Notes: a model not told the origin generated them from the letters alone. Shown: positions 20,002-31,528, counted from the first letter of the stretch. The stretch: DNA of 64,000 nucleotides from a virus (IMGVR_UViG_3300044994_000386:22436-86435), one strand, 5' to 3'. Numbers and translations are program-made.

Positions 20002-21576
20002 ATGTCAACTTATAGCTATAGTACACCACCAACTGATGCAACTAATCTAAACGACATTACTGCGATACTGAATCAGTTACCAGATAATACATCTAAGCAA
20101 ATCACACCAAAGGATGTAAGAGATGCCATTTTTTCTACTTGGGAAAATATTATTTTCAAACCGACTGGATTGACATCTGGACACGGCTATATCGGATTAG
20201 ATTCAGGTATCAATGGCTTAACACAGAGTAAAGTTTATTTTGGTAAAAGACGAGCTTCTGGTAAAGATGTTATGAATCCTACACTTTTGGGTAGTAATAC
20301 TGATTTTTTCTTTTTCAATAACAAAAGTGATACAGCTACACAAAACACTAAAATTTCTATTTTATCAGGTACTAATTCATCATTATATAGTTTGGCTCCC
20401 TATCTGGAATCTAAAATTGTAAACGGACTCTCTTATTCCTATATAGACTTAAATATTATAAATAACTCGACTGATAGTAATGGCTTGTATGGTGGAAATA
20501 TCAATATAGGTACTGATGGAGTAAGAGGCTACACAGCGGGTGGAAACGTCTCTATTAATGGAATGATATTTCCAAAATATATTGCTCCAAATTCACCTGA
20601 AGCAAATGCCATAGATGGTTATGTTTTAAAGTATAACAGTAATGGGTATTTGACTTGGGAAAGTTCAGCGGGTACTATTGATAATATCACATCATCTGGT
20701 ACCGTTTCAATTATTGGAAGTCCTGTTTTAATTAACAACCAAGAGACTAATTTTTTAACAGACGCAACCCCTGTTGTTCAAGCGATTGGCTCTATTCCAG
20801 TAGGCTACACGTTTAGCAATGAAAATATCGTTGAGGTTGTTAGAAAAATAATTTATCCTTATTTATCTCCTCAAGTTTCAATGGTTTTAAATGCAACACC
20901 AATTGGAACAAATCCGCCATCATACACGACATCAGGAACAAATAATTTGATAGTTGAAATGGGTAACGTTGCTACGTTTACTTATACATATACCATAACA
21001 AAGAGGAGTAATAATATAACATCTGTAACATCAGTAAATCTTTGGAACTTACCCGGTGTTCCAATTACATCAACAGTCACCTCAACTCGAACAAATAACC
21101 CATCAGCAGCAGAAGTTTCTATATTTGGAACCAAAACCTTCACTTTAACTGTAAGTGACGGTACATCAAGTGATTCTTCAAGTGCTACTATTAGAAAAAT
21201 ATTACCTTTCTTTTATGGCACCAGTACTACGGTAGTTAATTTTAATTCTTTTCAAAGTATTGTTTCAAGTTTGACAAAAAACGTTAAGGATAAAAGTGAC
21301 ACAACTGTACCATTATCAGGTAACAATGTTTGTATTTATTTTGCTTATCCTTCTTTACATGGAACATTAAGTGCCATAATAGATAATAATGGGTTTGATA
21401 TCACATCATCGTTTTCGACTAGTCTAATTTCGATTAATTCACCTGAGGGCTATTGGTCATTGCAAAATTATAGAGTTTATATATACACAAGTGGTGGGAC
21501 ATCACCCGCTACAACATCTGTTGGTTTACCACCAACATATTTAAATCCGGTAAACTATCAATTTAAGTTTTTTTAA
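20002..21576 (+). CDS. Virion structural protein, tail fibre/baseplate-associated
   Basis: T/S/N/G-rich beta-type composition; LPDNTSKQITPKDVRD; TAATATATA at 19971-19979. Confidence 0.6.
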   Translation: MSTYSYSTPPTDATNLNDITAILNQLPDNTSKQITPKDVRDAIFSTWENIIFKPTGLTSGHGYIGLDSGINGLTQSKVYFGKRRASGKDVMNPTLLGSNTDFFFFNNKSDTATQNTKISILSGTNSSLYSLAPYLESKIVNGLSYSYIDLNIINNSTDSNGLYGGNINIGTDGVRGYTAGGNVSINGMIFPKYIAPNSPEANAIDGYVLKYNSNGYLTWESSAGTIDNITSSGTVSIIGSPVLINNQETNFLTDATPVVQAIGSIPVGYTFSNENIVEVVRKIIYPYLSPQVSMVLNATPIGTNPPSYTTSGTNNLIVEMGNVATFTYTYTITKRSNNITSVTSVNLWNLPGVPITSTVTSTRTNNPSAAEVSIFGTKTFTLTVSDGTSSDSSSATIRKILPFFYGTSTTVVNFNSFQSIVSSLTKNVKDKSDTTVPLSGNNVCIYFAYPSLHGTLSAIIDNNGFDITSSFSTSLISINSPEGYWSLQNYRVYIYTSGGTSPATTSVGLPPTYLNPVNYQFKFF

Positions 21577-21595
21577 AAATTAAAAAAAAAATAAT

Positions 21596-23131
21596 ATGCC
21601 AATATCAATAATAGATAATTTTCAAGTAAATAAATTGGGACCAATTGATGTAAGAATGATTGCGACCAATTCAGCCGCAAGAGACGCAATTACATTTAAG
21701 TATGATGGTTTGAAAGTTTTTCAAACTGATAATCGTATCACATATACTTGGAACGCCAGTGCATCATCATGGGATGTCGATCCAGTCGGTTCTATATCTG
21801 GAACCGGTAGTGCTGGTTTTATTTCAAGGTGGACTGCACAATCATCACTTGGTAATTCACCTATCTATACAAATGTCACTGGATCTCTAAATGGATCACC
21901 TGTTGGGACTGTTGGTATAAACACACCGCCAATAGGGTCACTTTCACCAAAAGGTATTTTTCAAATTAATGCACCATTTATTGGCGGTGCTGCACCTACC
22001 GTAATTACAAAAGGTACAACTACAACAATATCTGAAAATTGGTATAATAATAATGGAGATCAGGTTTTTAATTCGGCACTTGCTTCAAATAAAATCGTCT
22101 TTAATAACGGACACTTAGATTTTTTTGTAAGACAACCTGGTGCTCTTTCTAACTCTTTTGCTCTACGAGCCAGAATAGGTTTAACGAATAGTGTTTTCTT
22201 AGGAGGCATTAATGTATTCTCTGGTAACCTTGTGCTGAGTGATAGTGATGGTAGAATTAGCGCACCATTTGGTATATTTCAAAAGGGACTGACCACCAAT
22301 GATATATTTATTCAATCAAAAGGAACAAACACATCACCGAATAATATAGGGGTTGTTAATATTAATTATTGGGCAAATAATTTCACATCTGGTGGTAATT
22401 TGATAGATTTAAATTGTTCTTCTAGTCAAGTCAGATATATAAGGGCAATATCACCGGGCACAAGTATTAAATTTAACATAATCAATGGAACCGCTAGTTT
22501 TATACATTTAACAGCTACGGCTCCTGGTGATCCAGCTTCTGGATACAAAAAAGTTTGGACACCCTGGGGTATTAATGTTTGGAATTTATTTCCGGGATCA
22601 ATAGTAGAATTGACTGAAGATACAACTTATTGGAAGATAACAAATGTTAGGCAAAATAATCAACCATTTATTGACATCAACATCAACAATGCATTAGCAG
22701 ATGGTTGGACTGTCACTAATTTCCCATTACCAAATCCTGGTTATAGAGTGATTTATGAACAATCGAATGCTTATATAGAAATGAGAGGTTCTGTGTCATA
22801 TAATGGTTCAATACCGCTGAATAATATACCATTTTATCAATTTCCTTCTCAGTTTGGTTCATTCCCAACACCACATATGTTTAGTACCGTTTGTTTTGCT
22901 TCTACTAACGCAGATATAAATGCATTTAATTCGTCGAAATATCTAACACAAGCACAAAATACTTGGATATACGTAGATACTAATAGAAATATGTATGCTG
23001 ATCCGGTATCTTGTTTCCAAAAAGACCTATCACTTTTTGGAGTTAGAATAAGATTAAACAACACTAATGATATAACAATAAATACTACAACTACAACAAC
23101 CGGAGGTGGAGGCGGTGGTGGATCATCATAA
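21596..23131 (+). CDS. Tail fibre-like protein
   Basis: PIDVR N-terminus, VGINT segment, G/S/T/N-rich, C-terminal fibre-tip-like region. Confidence 0.6.
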   Translation: MPISIIDNFQVNKLGPIDVRMIATNSAARDAITFKYDGLKVFQTDNRITYTWNASASSWDVDPVGSISGTGSAGFISRWTAQSSLGNSPIYTNVTGSLNGSPVGTVGINTPPIGSLSPKGIFQINAPFIGGAAPTVITKGTTTTISENWYNNNGDQVFNSALASNKIVFNNGHLDFFVRQPGALSNSFALRARIGLTNSVFLGGINVFSGNLVLSDSDGRISAPFGIFQKGLTTNDIFIQSKGTNTSPNNIGVVNINYWANNFTSGGNLIDLNCSSSQVRYIRAISPGTSIKFNIINGTASFIHLTATAPGDPASGYKKVWTPWGINVWNLFPGSIVELTEDTTYWKITNVRQNNQPFIDININNALADGWTVTNFPLPNPGYRVIYEQSNAYIEMRGSVSYNGSIPLNNIPFYQFPSQFGSFPTPHMFSTVCFASTNADINAFNSSKYLTQAQNTWIYVDTNRNMYADPVSCFQKDLSLFGVRIRLNNTNDITINTTTTTTGGGGGGGSS

Positions 23132-23133
23132 TA

Positions 23134-23772
23134 ATGATTTTTGATAGTTCAGTGTGGCAATCAACCACCTCATCATCGGAATTTTTTGAATATCAAGTTG
23201 GTCCAATAATAACTAAAAATCCATGGGGTAGACCATCTTATGATAAATTGAAATCGATTTTAATAGATGCTTATCAAAATACTATGCTTGGTGAGTATGA
23301 TGTTGATATCTATGGTGGTGTCTTATTTAGTTGGAATGAAACTTGGGATGTCGATATATCAATCAGAAACGGGTTACAAGACTATGAATTAATTGAAAGT
23401 TTGATGAATTATATAACAGATATATCACTCAATAAATATTCAACATTAGTTGATGTCAAATATAATTATCATAAATTCACTGAAGGTAAAAATTATTACG
23501 AAGAAGGGAAACCACATTTGAAGTATTTCTACTATAGAAAACAATGCGGTGATAGATGGCATGAGTTATACTTGGATCGAGAAGATACAATTAAGGTTAC
23601 AAAAAATTTAATTAAGTCTGGTTGGAGATCACAAAAAGAATCTCAGGCTACTAAGTTATTAAATAGACTATTAAAATATGGTCCAAATATGGTCACAACA
23701 TTTGATGCAAAAATATTTATTGAGAAAGACGAAGAATATTTTAATAGTCACACAAATAGAAATTTATTCTAA
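23134..23772 (+). CDS. Putative pol-beta-fold nucleotidyltransferase-like protein
   Basis: IYGG...TWDVDI and a later VD. Confidence 0.45.
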   Translation: MIFDSSVWQSTTSSSEFFEYQVGPIITKNPWGRPSYDKLKSILIDAYQNTMLGEYDVDIYGGVLFSWNETWDVDISIRNGLQDYELIESLMNYITDISLNKYSTLVDVKYNYHKFTEGKNYYEEGKPHLKYFYYRKQCGDRWHELYLDREDTIKVTKNLIKSGWRSQKESQATKLLNRLLKYGPNMVTTFDAKIFIEKDEEYFNSHTNRNLF

Positions 23773-24447
23773 TCTCTTAAACCACCAATTAAAATAAATA
23801 TAATTGTCACCCACCATATGATAATAATCGTTTGAGTATTTGATTAAGATTTTATTCTCAAATGATCTAATAACTTCAACTTCTGTATTTTTTTCGAGTT
23901 TTAATAATCTACCAGTTTCAACAGAAAAACAGAATGCTTCATCATTTAAAAGTTTGTAATTACCTTTTTCTGGATTTAACCACTCTTTAACTGCTTTGAT
24001 AATCAATCCTTTGATTTTTATTACCCACTCTTTAGATTGAACTAAATCATAATCTTTGAATATTTCTGAAGTAAAAGATGGATTTTTATCTAAGATATTT
24101 TTTATTTGACCCCAATACTCTTTATCAGCAACATTAAAACTAATATAAACATCATAATTAATATTATTTGATTTGACAATTCGTAAGACTCTCATCGATT
24201 GAATGTTTTGATCTTCTAGAGTCAAATTTGATTTTAATTGTTTAAAAGAGGTCGAATTAGATAAGGTTTGTAAAATACTATTGATTCGAGCTATTCCCAT
24301 TCTAATGGCATCTTGGTGCTTATCAAACGCATTTATTGAAAGTTGTGGGTTGTCTACGTTTGGCATCGGATAATTAACCGAATCTGGATTCATTCTATTT
24401 AAGTTAAATTCGGTAAACTCTAAAATTAATCTATTTCTCTTTTTCAT
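23764..24447 (-). CDS. Hypothetical protein; start re-assigned to MKKRNR
   Basis: TAATATATA (-) at 24462-24470 precedes ATG 24447. Confidence 0.6.
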   Translation of the reverse strand: MKKRNRLILEFTEFNLNRMNPDSVNYPMPNVDNPQLSINAFDKHQDAIRMGIARINSILQTLSNSTSFKQLKSNLTLEDQNIQSMRVLRIVKSNNINYDVYISFNVADKEYWGQIKNILDKNPSFTSEIFKDYDLVQSKEWVIKIKGLIIKAVKEWLNPEKGNYKLLNDEAFCFSVETGRLLKLEKNTEVEVIRSFENKILIKYSNDYYHMVGDNYIYFNWWFKRLE

Positions 24448-24483
24448 AATTAAATATATACTATATATTAAAAACAAAAAAAC

Positions 24484-24801
24484 ATGATAATGAAAATTAA
24501 AAGATTCCAAGAAGCACTCGATGAAAAAATTGAAATTTCTCTGGAAAGAATTGAAGAGATAATATCAGAATTGACTAATATTTCAACTAATTTAGACGCA
24601 TCAAGAGAAAGAATTGAATCATTTTCTAATGAATTATCAAACTACCAATCTAAATCAAAAAATTACAATGACCAGATCGATGATTCTGTAATTAATTTAG
24701 ATATAGTGAAATCAAATTTTGATCAAATAATTTCTTCGATTGATACGGTTGTTACTAATCTTAAAGACTATAAAGATAAAGGTCGTAACTTCTTATACTA
24801 A
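24484..24801 (+). CDS. Coiled-coil hypothetical protein
   Basis: MKIKRFQE start, heptad pattern. Confidence 0.6.
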   Translation: MIMKIKRFQEALDEKIEISLERIEEIISELTNISTNLDASRERIESFSNELSNYQSKSKNYNDQIDDSVINLDIVKSNFDQIISSIDTVVTNLKDYKDKGRNFLY

Positions 24802-24905
24802 TGTCAATATAATTCTTTGATATACATTATTTAAATCCAAAGACTGATTTATTTTTGTAATTAAAAGTGTTTTCTTTTCAAACGTTTCAAAGCTTTTGCC
24901 TTATA

Positions 24906-25418
24906 TTATTTATTAAATTTCAATTTATAAAGTAAGATATAAATCAAAGATAAAATTTCATCTACAATATTTAATAGATGTGAGTCTTCAACATCAATAC
25001 ACTTCCTTTCAGTTTTAACAAAGTTTGCTAATTCTTCAAAGTATTGCACTTTATCTTTTGAAGTGGCTTCTTTGGTATCTATTGGCGTATATTGCTCAAT
25101 CAAACCATACTGACCTTGATAAACTTCAATTAATTTATCGATAAAGTCTAATAAATCATCATAGAAGTCACTTAATGCGATGTGTGCTGCATATGATCCC
25201 ATATCACCTTTAACTTGTAGGTGATATACATGTGCCATCTGACGAGCTTCAAATAATTTAGAAAAGAAAGCACTTATATTAGTATTGTTTTTAGGTTTTT
25301 GTTGTTCAATGTATTGATTTTTATCTTGATTATCAGTTTTTTGTTCTGATTGTTCAGGTTGTTCAGTAGTTTGTAGATTATTCTTTTGTTTAAATAATTT
25401 AAATTTTTTAATTTCCAT
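24906..25418 (-). CDS. Ferritin/Dps-like four-helix protein
   Basis: AHVYHLQ..SYAAHIAL..FYD....ID.LIE.YQGQYG, NIVDEI, YKL. Confidence 0.7.
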   Translation of the reverse strand: MEIKKFKLFKQKNNLQTTEQPEQSEQKTDNQDKNQYIEQQKPKNNTNISAFFSKLFEARQMAHVYHLQVKGDMGSYAAHIALSDFYDDLLDFIDKLIEVYQGQYGLIEQYTPIDTKEATSKDKVQYFEELANFVKTERKCIDVEDSHLLNIVDEILSLIYILLYKLKFNK

Positions 25419-25427
25419 ATCAATATA

Positions 25428-25817
25428 TTATATTTTTCCTTTTAATGCATTGAAAATAACCATACCATCAAATCCAGCATTTCTAAGTTGATGATAAAAT
25501 TCCATTTTTTCAGTTTTATTTGGTGTTTTATCTGCAAAAGTATTATTCCATGCAGTTTTAATTTTATCCTCGGGTGTTAAATCATTTGGTAGATTATCTA
25601 GATCTAAGTCTAAAGATTCTTGAATTTTCATTTCAGACATTTTCTCAACCGAATTTATAGTATATCCGGATTGATTCTTAACAGCTGCTAATATCGAGTC
25701 AGCTAAATAAGAAGCCTCGCCTTGATTCTTAGCCTTTAAATTCAATTCAATATCAGCTCGAATTTTATAAAGAGAATCAAATTTATTAGATTCAACTAAT
25801 TTTGAGAATAGTTTCAT
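25428..25817 (-). CDS. Hypothetical protein
   Basis: Starts MKLFSKLVES; TAATATATA (-) at 25825-25833. Confidence 0.6.
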   Translation of the reverse strand: MKLFSKLVESNKFDSLYKIRADIELNLKAKNQGEASYLADSILAAVKNQSGYTINSVEKMSEMKIQESLDLDLDNLPNDLTPEDKIKTAWNNTFADKTPNKTEKMEFYHQLRNAGFDGMVIFNALKGKI

Positions 25818-25865
25818 ATAAATATATATATTAAAATTTAAATTTAAATTTTAATATATAAATCA

Positions 25866-26909
25866 ATGAATTATTTAAAAAATTTCTATATGTTTGAGGA
25901 AGTTAGGGGTGTTGCTGAAGCTACGCTTTACCTATCTGATTTTCTATGTCAATTTATCACAAAAGAATCAATTGAGTTTCAAAAAGAAAATGAAGATAAA
26001 GAATCAGCAGAATCAACTGAAGAATATATTTTCAATTACAACGATTTAAAACCATATCTTCCAAAAAAATCAATCTATGCTTACTTCCCAGTTTCAAGGA
26101 TCAATCTCACACTTTTATTAAAGAAGGAAGTTAAATCGGATACATATCCTTTCAAAATAGGTGGTTGGGCCGTAAGATTTGGAAAAAAGAAAAAAGGTTA
26201 TTCTTATTTTAAAAAAGGTGTAAAAAAAAATAAAGATCATTCAATATCTATTTCTATGGGTATAGAAGTATATGTTGGTAATCTTGACTTAGAGTTGGAT
26301 ACTGATAATAGTTTTCAGATAAAACTCGAAGCTGTAATTTTACATGAATTAAATCACTTCTATGAACATTATAATAGAAGTTGGGATCCATATGGTAGAG
26401 AAATTGAAACAAGTGTAACTTGGGCGTCTATTGGTGATATACCAAAAAATGTGAATGAAAAAGTATATATTTTCTGGCAAGATAATTTTACTTATTATAT
26501 TTATCAATCTGAACCTCATGAAGTAAATGCTCAAATTCAAGAAGCTAAGCCATATGTTGATAAATTAAGTTTTAAAGAACTTAAAAAAACAAACTTTTGG
26601 AAAAATATTAAGGCTATGCAGAATTACGATGAACAAAAGTTTTTACAGAAATTTCATGAGGAAGTATTAATTCATGATCCTACTTTAATTGAATCAGAAG
26701 TGCTTTCACAATATATAAATATTTGGAAAAAAGAATATAAAAAATTATATAAATTACAAAAAGATAAAAATAGTCCAAGACCAGAATTCTTCGAAAAAAT
26801 GTCAGATAGTCAATTTATGAATTACTGGGGTAAAAAAATCAGAGAGGCTGGTGGTAAAATAGTAAGAAAAATTATTAAACAATATTCAAATAAACAAAAA
26901 GAGGACTAA
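25866..26909 (+). CDS. Putative zincin metallopeptidase
   Basis: ILHELNH (HExxH) plus downstream EVNA. Confidence 0.65.
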   Translation: MNYLKNFYMFEEVRGVAEATLYLSDFLCQFITKESIEFQKENEDKESAESTEEYIFNYNDLKPYLPKKSIYAYFPVSRINLTLLLKKEVKSDTYPFKIGGWAVRFGKKKKGYSYFKKGVKKNKDHSISISMGIEVYVGNLDLELDTDNSFQIKLEAVILHELNHFYEHYNRSWDPYGREIETSVTWASIGDIPKNVNEKVYIFWQDNFTYYIYQSEPHEVNAQIQEAKPYVDKLSFKELKKTNFWKNIKAMQNYDEQKFLQKFHEEVLIHDPTLIESEVLSQYINIWKKEYKKLYKLQKDKNSPRPEFFEKMSDSQFMNYWGKKIREAGGKIVRKIIKQYSNKQKED

Positions 26910-26923
26910 AAGTCCTCTTTTTT
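26896..26923. terminator. Bidirectional terminator
   Basis: AAAAAGAGGACT-aaa-AGTCCTCTTTTT. Confidence 0.7.
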
Positions 26924-26998
26924 ACACTGACCATCAAGAAAAAAAAAACAGAATTTGATGAATTTGAACTTTAGTGACTCAAAACACTAATGTGTAGT

Positions 26999-27721
26999 TC
27001 ATATTAATTGATTTTGCTTTTTGTAGTATTCATCGAATCCTTCAAGAAGTTTAGACATTGTAGGTGATTTTTCAGTGCCAATAATTTCATCAATGATTCC
27101 AAATTCAAGAGCTTCGTCAGAATTATACCACTTATCACGTTTAGAAAATTCAAGTATTTGATCAAAAGTTTTACCACAATTTTGAGCTAAAATTTTTAAT
27201 AGAATGTAATTATATTTTTCGGCTTCCATTTGATTGATACGGGTATCTTGAATGTTACCTTGTGTACCATGTGAAACCTGGTGTGTCATTACTTTTGAGA
27301 ATATCAAAGATGATCGTTTACCTTTTGTTCCTGATGAAAGAAGTACAGACCCCATAGAGGCACAAATACCTGTGTTTATAGTGGCTACATCAGAATTGAT
27401 ATAATTCATCACGTCTATAATACCTAATCCTGATTTAACAGAACCACCGGGCGAGTCAATGTGCATTGTGATATCTTTTTTCTCAACTGAATCAAGATAA
27501 ATTAATTGTGCTTGAATGATAGTAGACATATTATCATCCACAACACCAGTTGCCCAGATTAATCTTTCTCTCATTAAACGAGAAAAAACATCCATTTGAG
27601 TTACATTCATTTGTCTTTCTTCAAGAATGTAGGGAGTTAAAGCGTTTTCAAAATAGTCCATCTTTAATGATGAGATACCTCTGCTTTGTGAGAATTTTCT
27701 GAAATCCTTTGCGTAATCCAT
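26999..27721 (-). CDS. clpP: Clp protease proteolytic subunit
   Basis: MDVFSRLMRER, IDSPGGSV, CASMGS (catalytic Ser), MTHQ, RDKW. Confidence 0.92.
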   Translation of the reverse strand: MDYAKDFRKFSQSRGISSLKMDYFENALTPYILEERQMNVTQMDVFSRLMRERLIWATGVVDDNMSTIIQAQLIYLDSVEKKDITMHIDSPGGSVKSGLGIIDVMNYINSDVATINTGICASMGSVLLSSGTKGKRSSLIFSKVMTHQVSHGTQGNIQDTRINQMEAEKYNYILLKILAQNCGKTFDQILEFSKRDKWYNSDEALEFGIIDEIIGTEKSPTMSKLLEGFDEYYKKQNQLI

Positions 27722-28012
27722 TTTTTTTTATTTTAATATAGTTTAACCATTATTTATTTGTTTCTCTGGCATAACGACTATTTGATCATTTATAAATCAA
27801 AGACTAATGATTTTGATATTGTTATCTGATCGACCTATTCAGTTACTAATTTTTTGGCTAATACAAATTTTACCAGTGCCAGTAAGGTTGTAAAATTTAT
27901 CATGAAATATATACTCTTGGTAATCTTTTTTGTTATGTATTGGTTTTATTTTCATAAAATATAATTTTTGAGTTAAAAAAATTAATATATATTACAAATA
28001 TAATATTTCTAT

Positions 28013-28270
28013 ATGAAACCAATTAAAAAGTTTGAAGAGTTTATTTATAGCGGTGGTGATACTCAACCATCACCAGGTACAAAACCTATCGAGACACCAA
28101 CAAGACCAAGTACTAAACCTTCACAAAAACCAAACAAGCCTTCGCCTATTAGAAGAGATAAACCAGCCGTAGTACCAGCCCCAAAAGCTAAAAAAGAAAA
28201 TGAGTTACCAACCGCTACGGTTGATGATGTAATTCAAAAATTTGCAAAATTGACAAATCAAAAAAAATAA
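28013..28270 (+). CDS. Small Pro/Thr/Lys-rich protein
   Basis: Starts MKPIKKFEEF; TAATATATA at 27983-27991. Confidence 0.65.
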   Translation: MKPIKKFEEFIYSGGDTQPSPGTKPIETPTRPSTKPSQKPNKPSPIRRDKPAVVPAPKAKKENELPTATVDDVIQKFAKLTNQKK

Positions 28271-28280
28271 TCATTATGTA

Positions 28281-29765
28281 ATGAAAAGCTTCCAAAAATT
28301 TTTAGAAGAAGTAACAATAAAAGGTAATCCTGCTATACCAGGTGAAAATGGAAAAAAACCTGGTGATAAAGACTATTTAAGAGACATTGAGTCTAGAGCA
28401 AAAGCTAGATTGGGCATTTCAGGAAGAGAAAATCCTATGCAGTTTGGTGGAAGAATTATGCAATTATTATCTCTATCACAAAGAATGACTCGTGGTCATG
28501 AAAAAGAGTTAGAGAAATTAGCAAAAGAAATCATACTTAAAAACTATGGAGAAATCTTAGATGGTGTTGAATTAGATATAAAACTTTTTGGTTCTGGTCA
28601 ACAAATTGCTAAATTTATGAAAAATGTTAGTAAAGAACAAAAAGAACAACAAGAAGTTGAAAATAACAAAAATTATCCGGTTATGAGACAGATTAAAGAT
28701 CCGGATACCATCAATAAAATTCACAAAGCAAAAATAGGAAATAATATTATTCAAGGTGAAGCTAAAAACACAAAACATATTATCGCAACCGAAGAAGTTA
28801 AAAATGGCTTGATTAAAATTTTTGGAGATAAAGCTGAACAATTATTAAATATATGGAAAGAAATAAGTAATTTGGCTGATAAAATGGATTGGATTATTCC
28901 AATTGATAATAAAGCCGAAATGATGGAACGTGTCCCTGATGGAATGGCAGGAGCTGTTTCGATAGATTGGAAACCTAAAGAAGACCAATCTAAGGAGGAT
29001 GAAAATAAAGATTTCGCTACAAAAATATTGAATGATTTAGCAAATGAAATAGAGCCTGAAGAAAAAGATATAGAAAAATTACAAGACGAGTTTGAATTGA
29101 TGCAGCCTCGAATTAGAGCAAGAGGCATAGATTTCCCTATGTTGATTCATGAAACTGTTAAAGGTATTTACGAATTAATCGCTTCAGTTCAATTTCCAAG
29201 TAAAAATGCTTCAGAGGATGAAATTAAAAAAGCACAAACTGTTGAATTAAACGTAAGTTCTTTTATGGATGAAGCAGAAGATTTTAGAACAGGTCCAGAA
29301 ATTGCTGCTGATTTTAGAGATTTCATTAATGCTAATCCAAAAGCAACTCATCCAAATATGAGAGCATTTATATTTGGGATGTTAATGGATTCAAATTATA
29401 TCTCAGATGAAGAATTTTTAAAACTATTTAGAGGTATATTGAATGGCACACAAGAGGCTCGTAAAAAAATCGATGAAATGATAGATGAGGTAAATAAAAA
29501 ATTAAACCAATATGAACTGAGTCAAGTTATTGATATTGAAGAACCAGAGATCGAAATTCCTCAAAATTCGAATCAGAAAAAAGATTATTCAGAAATGTCA
29601 CAAAAACAAATTCAAGAGTTAATTGATGACGCTTTAGATGCAGGTGATATGGATAAAGTAAAAATACTTTCTCAATATTTAAAAGAAGGTGCTAAAATTT
29701 ACCTATCAGAATTAAAAAAATTAAATGAAGGTTATATACCTCATAATAAATTAAAAAAAAAATAA
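28281..29765 (+). CDS. Hypothetical protein with HExxK motif and IDEAL-like C-terminus
   Basis: PMLIHETVKGIYE; LIDDALDAGD. Confidence 0.6.
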   Translation: MKSFQKFLEEVTIKGNPAIPGENGKKPGDKDYLRDIESRAKARLGISGRENPMQFGGRIMQLLSLSQRMTRGHEKELEKLAKEIILKNYGEILDGVELDIKLFGSGQQIAKFMKNVSKEQKEQQEVENNKNYPVMRQIKDPDTINKIHKAKIGNNIIQGEAKNTKHIIATEEVKNGLIKIFGDKAEQLLNIWKEISNLADKMDWIIPIDNKAEMMERVPDGMAGAVSIDWKPKEDQSKEDENKDFATKILNDLANEIEPEEKDIEKLQDEFELMQPRIRARGIDFPMLIHETVKGIYELIASVQFPSKNASEDEIKKAQTVELNVSSFMDEAEDFRTGPEIAADFRDFINANPKATHPNMRAFIFGMLMDSNYISDEEFLKLFRGILNGTQEARKKIDEMIDEVNKKLNQYELSQVIDIEEPEIEIPQNSNQKKDYSEMSQKQIQELIDDALDAGDMDKVKILSQYLKEGAKIYLSELKKLNEGYIPHNKLKKK

Positions 29766-29773
29766 ATAGGTAT

Positions 29774-31525
29774 ATGTTAATCATAAAATATAATGATTTC
29801 TTAGATATAAGATTAAATGAGAATGTTCAAGCAGCAAAGGCTTACTTGAGAGATTTAGCTTTGGCCAAAAAGAAAAATATAGATAAAAATGCAGAGCTAA
29901 CTCCTGAAGAAGTACGTAGAGTAGAAAACAATCCAGATTTCTTAAAAATAAAAGAAATGCTGAAAGATAACCCAGGATACACCTATGCTTTCACAAGGTT
30001 TTTCTTTGATGAGGGAATTGATATTAATGAGTTGCAAAGAGTCTATAACAAGCTTAAAGAATTAAGACAATCTCTTAATTTATTATCAATGCCCATTGAT
30101 AAGTTTGCTGATGTAAAACCATCGAATGAAGATCCACGTAAAGGTTTTGAAAGATTACTTGATGATATTGCTAAAATTGAGATTTCTCGTACTGTTAAGA
30201 AATGGGTAAATCAATTACCAAGTGATTTAAAACGCGAATACCAAAATGCTTCAGTTGTTCAAAAAGAAAAAATTAAAGGTATTGCAATAGCATTTGATGA
30301 ATTTGGTAAAGAACTAGACGGTACTAAAAATTGGGAAAAAAATAAAGAATTACAGGATTTATTTTTCTTAAAAGTTAAAAGATATAAAAATATATCCGAC
30401 TTAATTATAGCTGCAAATAATTATATTAAGGCCGCAAATAATGCTCAAATTTCTAAATTCTTACAAGCTATTCAAAAAGTTAATGTTAAATATGGCCAGA
30501 TGAATGGTGTTGAAATCATTTTTGATGAGAATAGAATTTTGATTATTGAGGTTAAATCTTTTTTTGCTAACAGAGAATTAAACTCTAATACAGCACATTG
30601 TATTGCTTCTTCTCATAGTCAGTGGGATAATTACGTCGGTGCTGATAATATATATAACAAGCAATATTATATTTACAATTTTAATTTACCACCATCTGAT
30701 AACTATTCAGTTATTGGTATTACAATTGGACCTGGAAATAAAATCACTGCATGTCATGCTAAAGATGATAGAAATATATCCGGTTCAATTAAAACTATCC
30801 TAAAACAATGGCAGAATAATTATAATATAAATGTTAATATATTAGAATTATTAGCTGCAATGACACCAGACGAAATTGAAGCCAAAAAGAAAAGAATTGC
30901 TGCAAATAAAGAAATTGTTAAACCTGGTCTTTCTATTGATAAAATTAAACATTATCTTGAAGAAGGTGCTGATCCAAATGCTCAACAAGGTAAGCCTTTA
31001 AATAATGCGGTTAAAGAAGATGATTATGATAAGGCTAAACTTTTATTGGAAAAAGGTGCCTCACCAAATATTGGTAATTCAATTAAATATGCCAAAAACC
31101 TTGATATGATTAAGTTACTAGTTGACTATGGTTCTGAAATCAATAATGATGTTTTCCTCAATATTATCAATGATTATGACGCAGTTGAGTATGTATTAAA
31201 AGCAGGAATTGATCCAAACTTTGAAAAAGGTCTTCCATTAAGAAATGCTGCTAAATTAGGTAGAACTGATATTATGAAGCTTCTTATCAAATATGGTGCT
31301 AGAATTTCTGAAAGAAGATATATGGTTGTTAAATGGGCACTTGAATGGGCACAGATTGATGCGATTAAACTATTATTTCAAGAACTTGAAAAATCAGGTA
31401 ATAGTGTTGATAAAGAATTCTTAGAAAAATCACAATTCAAACATTGGGTACAAACTTCTGATAAAGTATCTGAAGATAAAATTAAAAAAGTTCTAGACTT
31501 CTTAGATCAATATGGAACTAATTAA
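29774..31525 (+). CDS. Ankyrin-repeat protein with central HCIA (PcfJ-like) segment
   Basis: GADPNA..GKPL..AV, LLLEKGASPN, PLRNAAKLGRTDIMKLLIKYGA; TAHCIA....WDNY. Confidence 0.75.
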   Translation: MLIIKYNDFLDIRLNENVQAAKAYLRDLALAKKKNIDKNAELTPEEVRRVENNPDFLKIKEMLKDNPGYTYAFTRFFFDEGIDINELQRVYNKLKELRQSLNLLSMPIDKFADVKPSNEDPRKGFERLLDDIAKIEISRTVKKWVNQLPSDLKREYQNASVVQKEKIKGIAIAFDEFGKELDGTKNWEKNKELQDLFFLKVKRYKNISDLIIAANNYIKAANNAQISKFLQAIQKVNVKYGQMNGVEIIFDENRILIIEVKSFFANRELNSNTAHCIASSHSQWDNYVGADNIYNKQYYIYNFNLPPSDNYSVIGITIGPGNKITACHAKDDRNISGSIKTILKQWQNNYNINVNILELLAAMTPDEIEAKKKRIAANKEIVKPGLSIDKIKHYLEEGADPNAQQGKPLNNAVKEDDYDKAKLLLEKGASPNIGNSIKYAKNLDMIKLLVDYGSEINNDVFLNIINDYDAVEYVLKAGIDPNFEKGLPLRNAAKLGRTDIMKLLIKYGARISERRYMVVKWALEWAQIDAIKLLFQELEKSGNSVDKEFLEKSQFKHWVQTSDKVSEDKIKKVLDFLDQYGTN

Positions 31526-31528
31526 AAT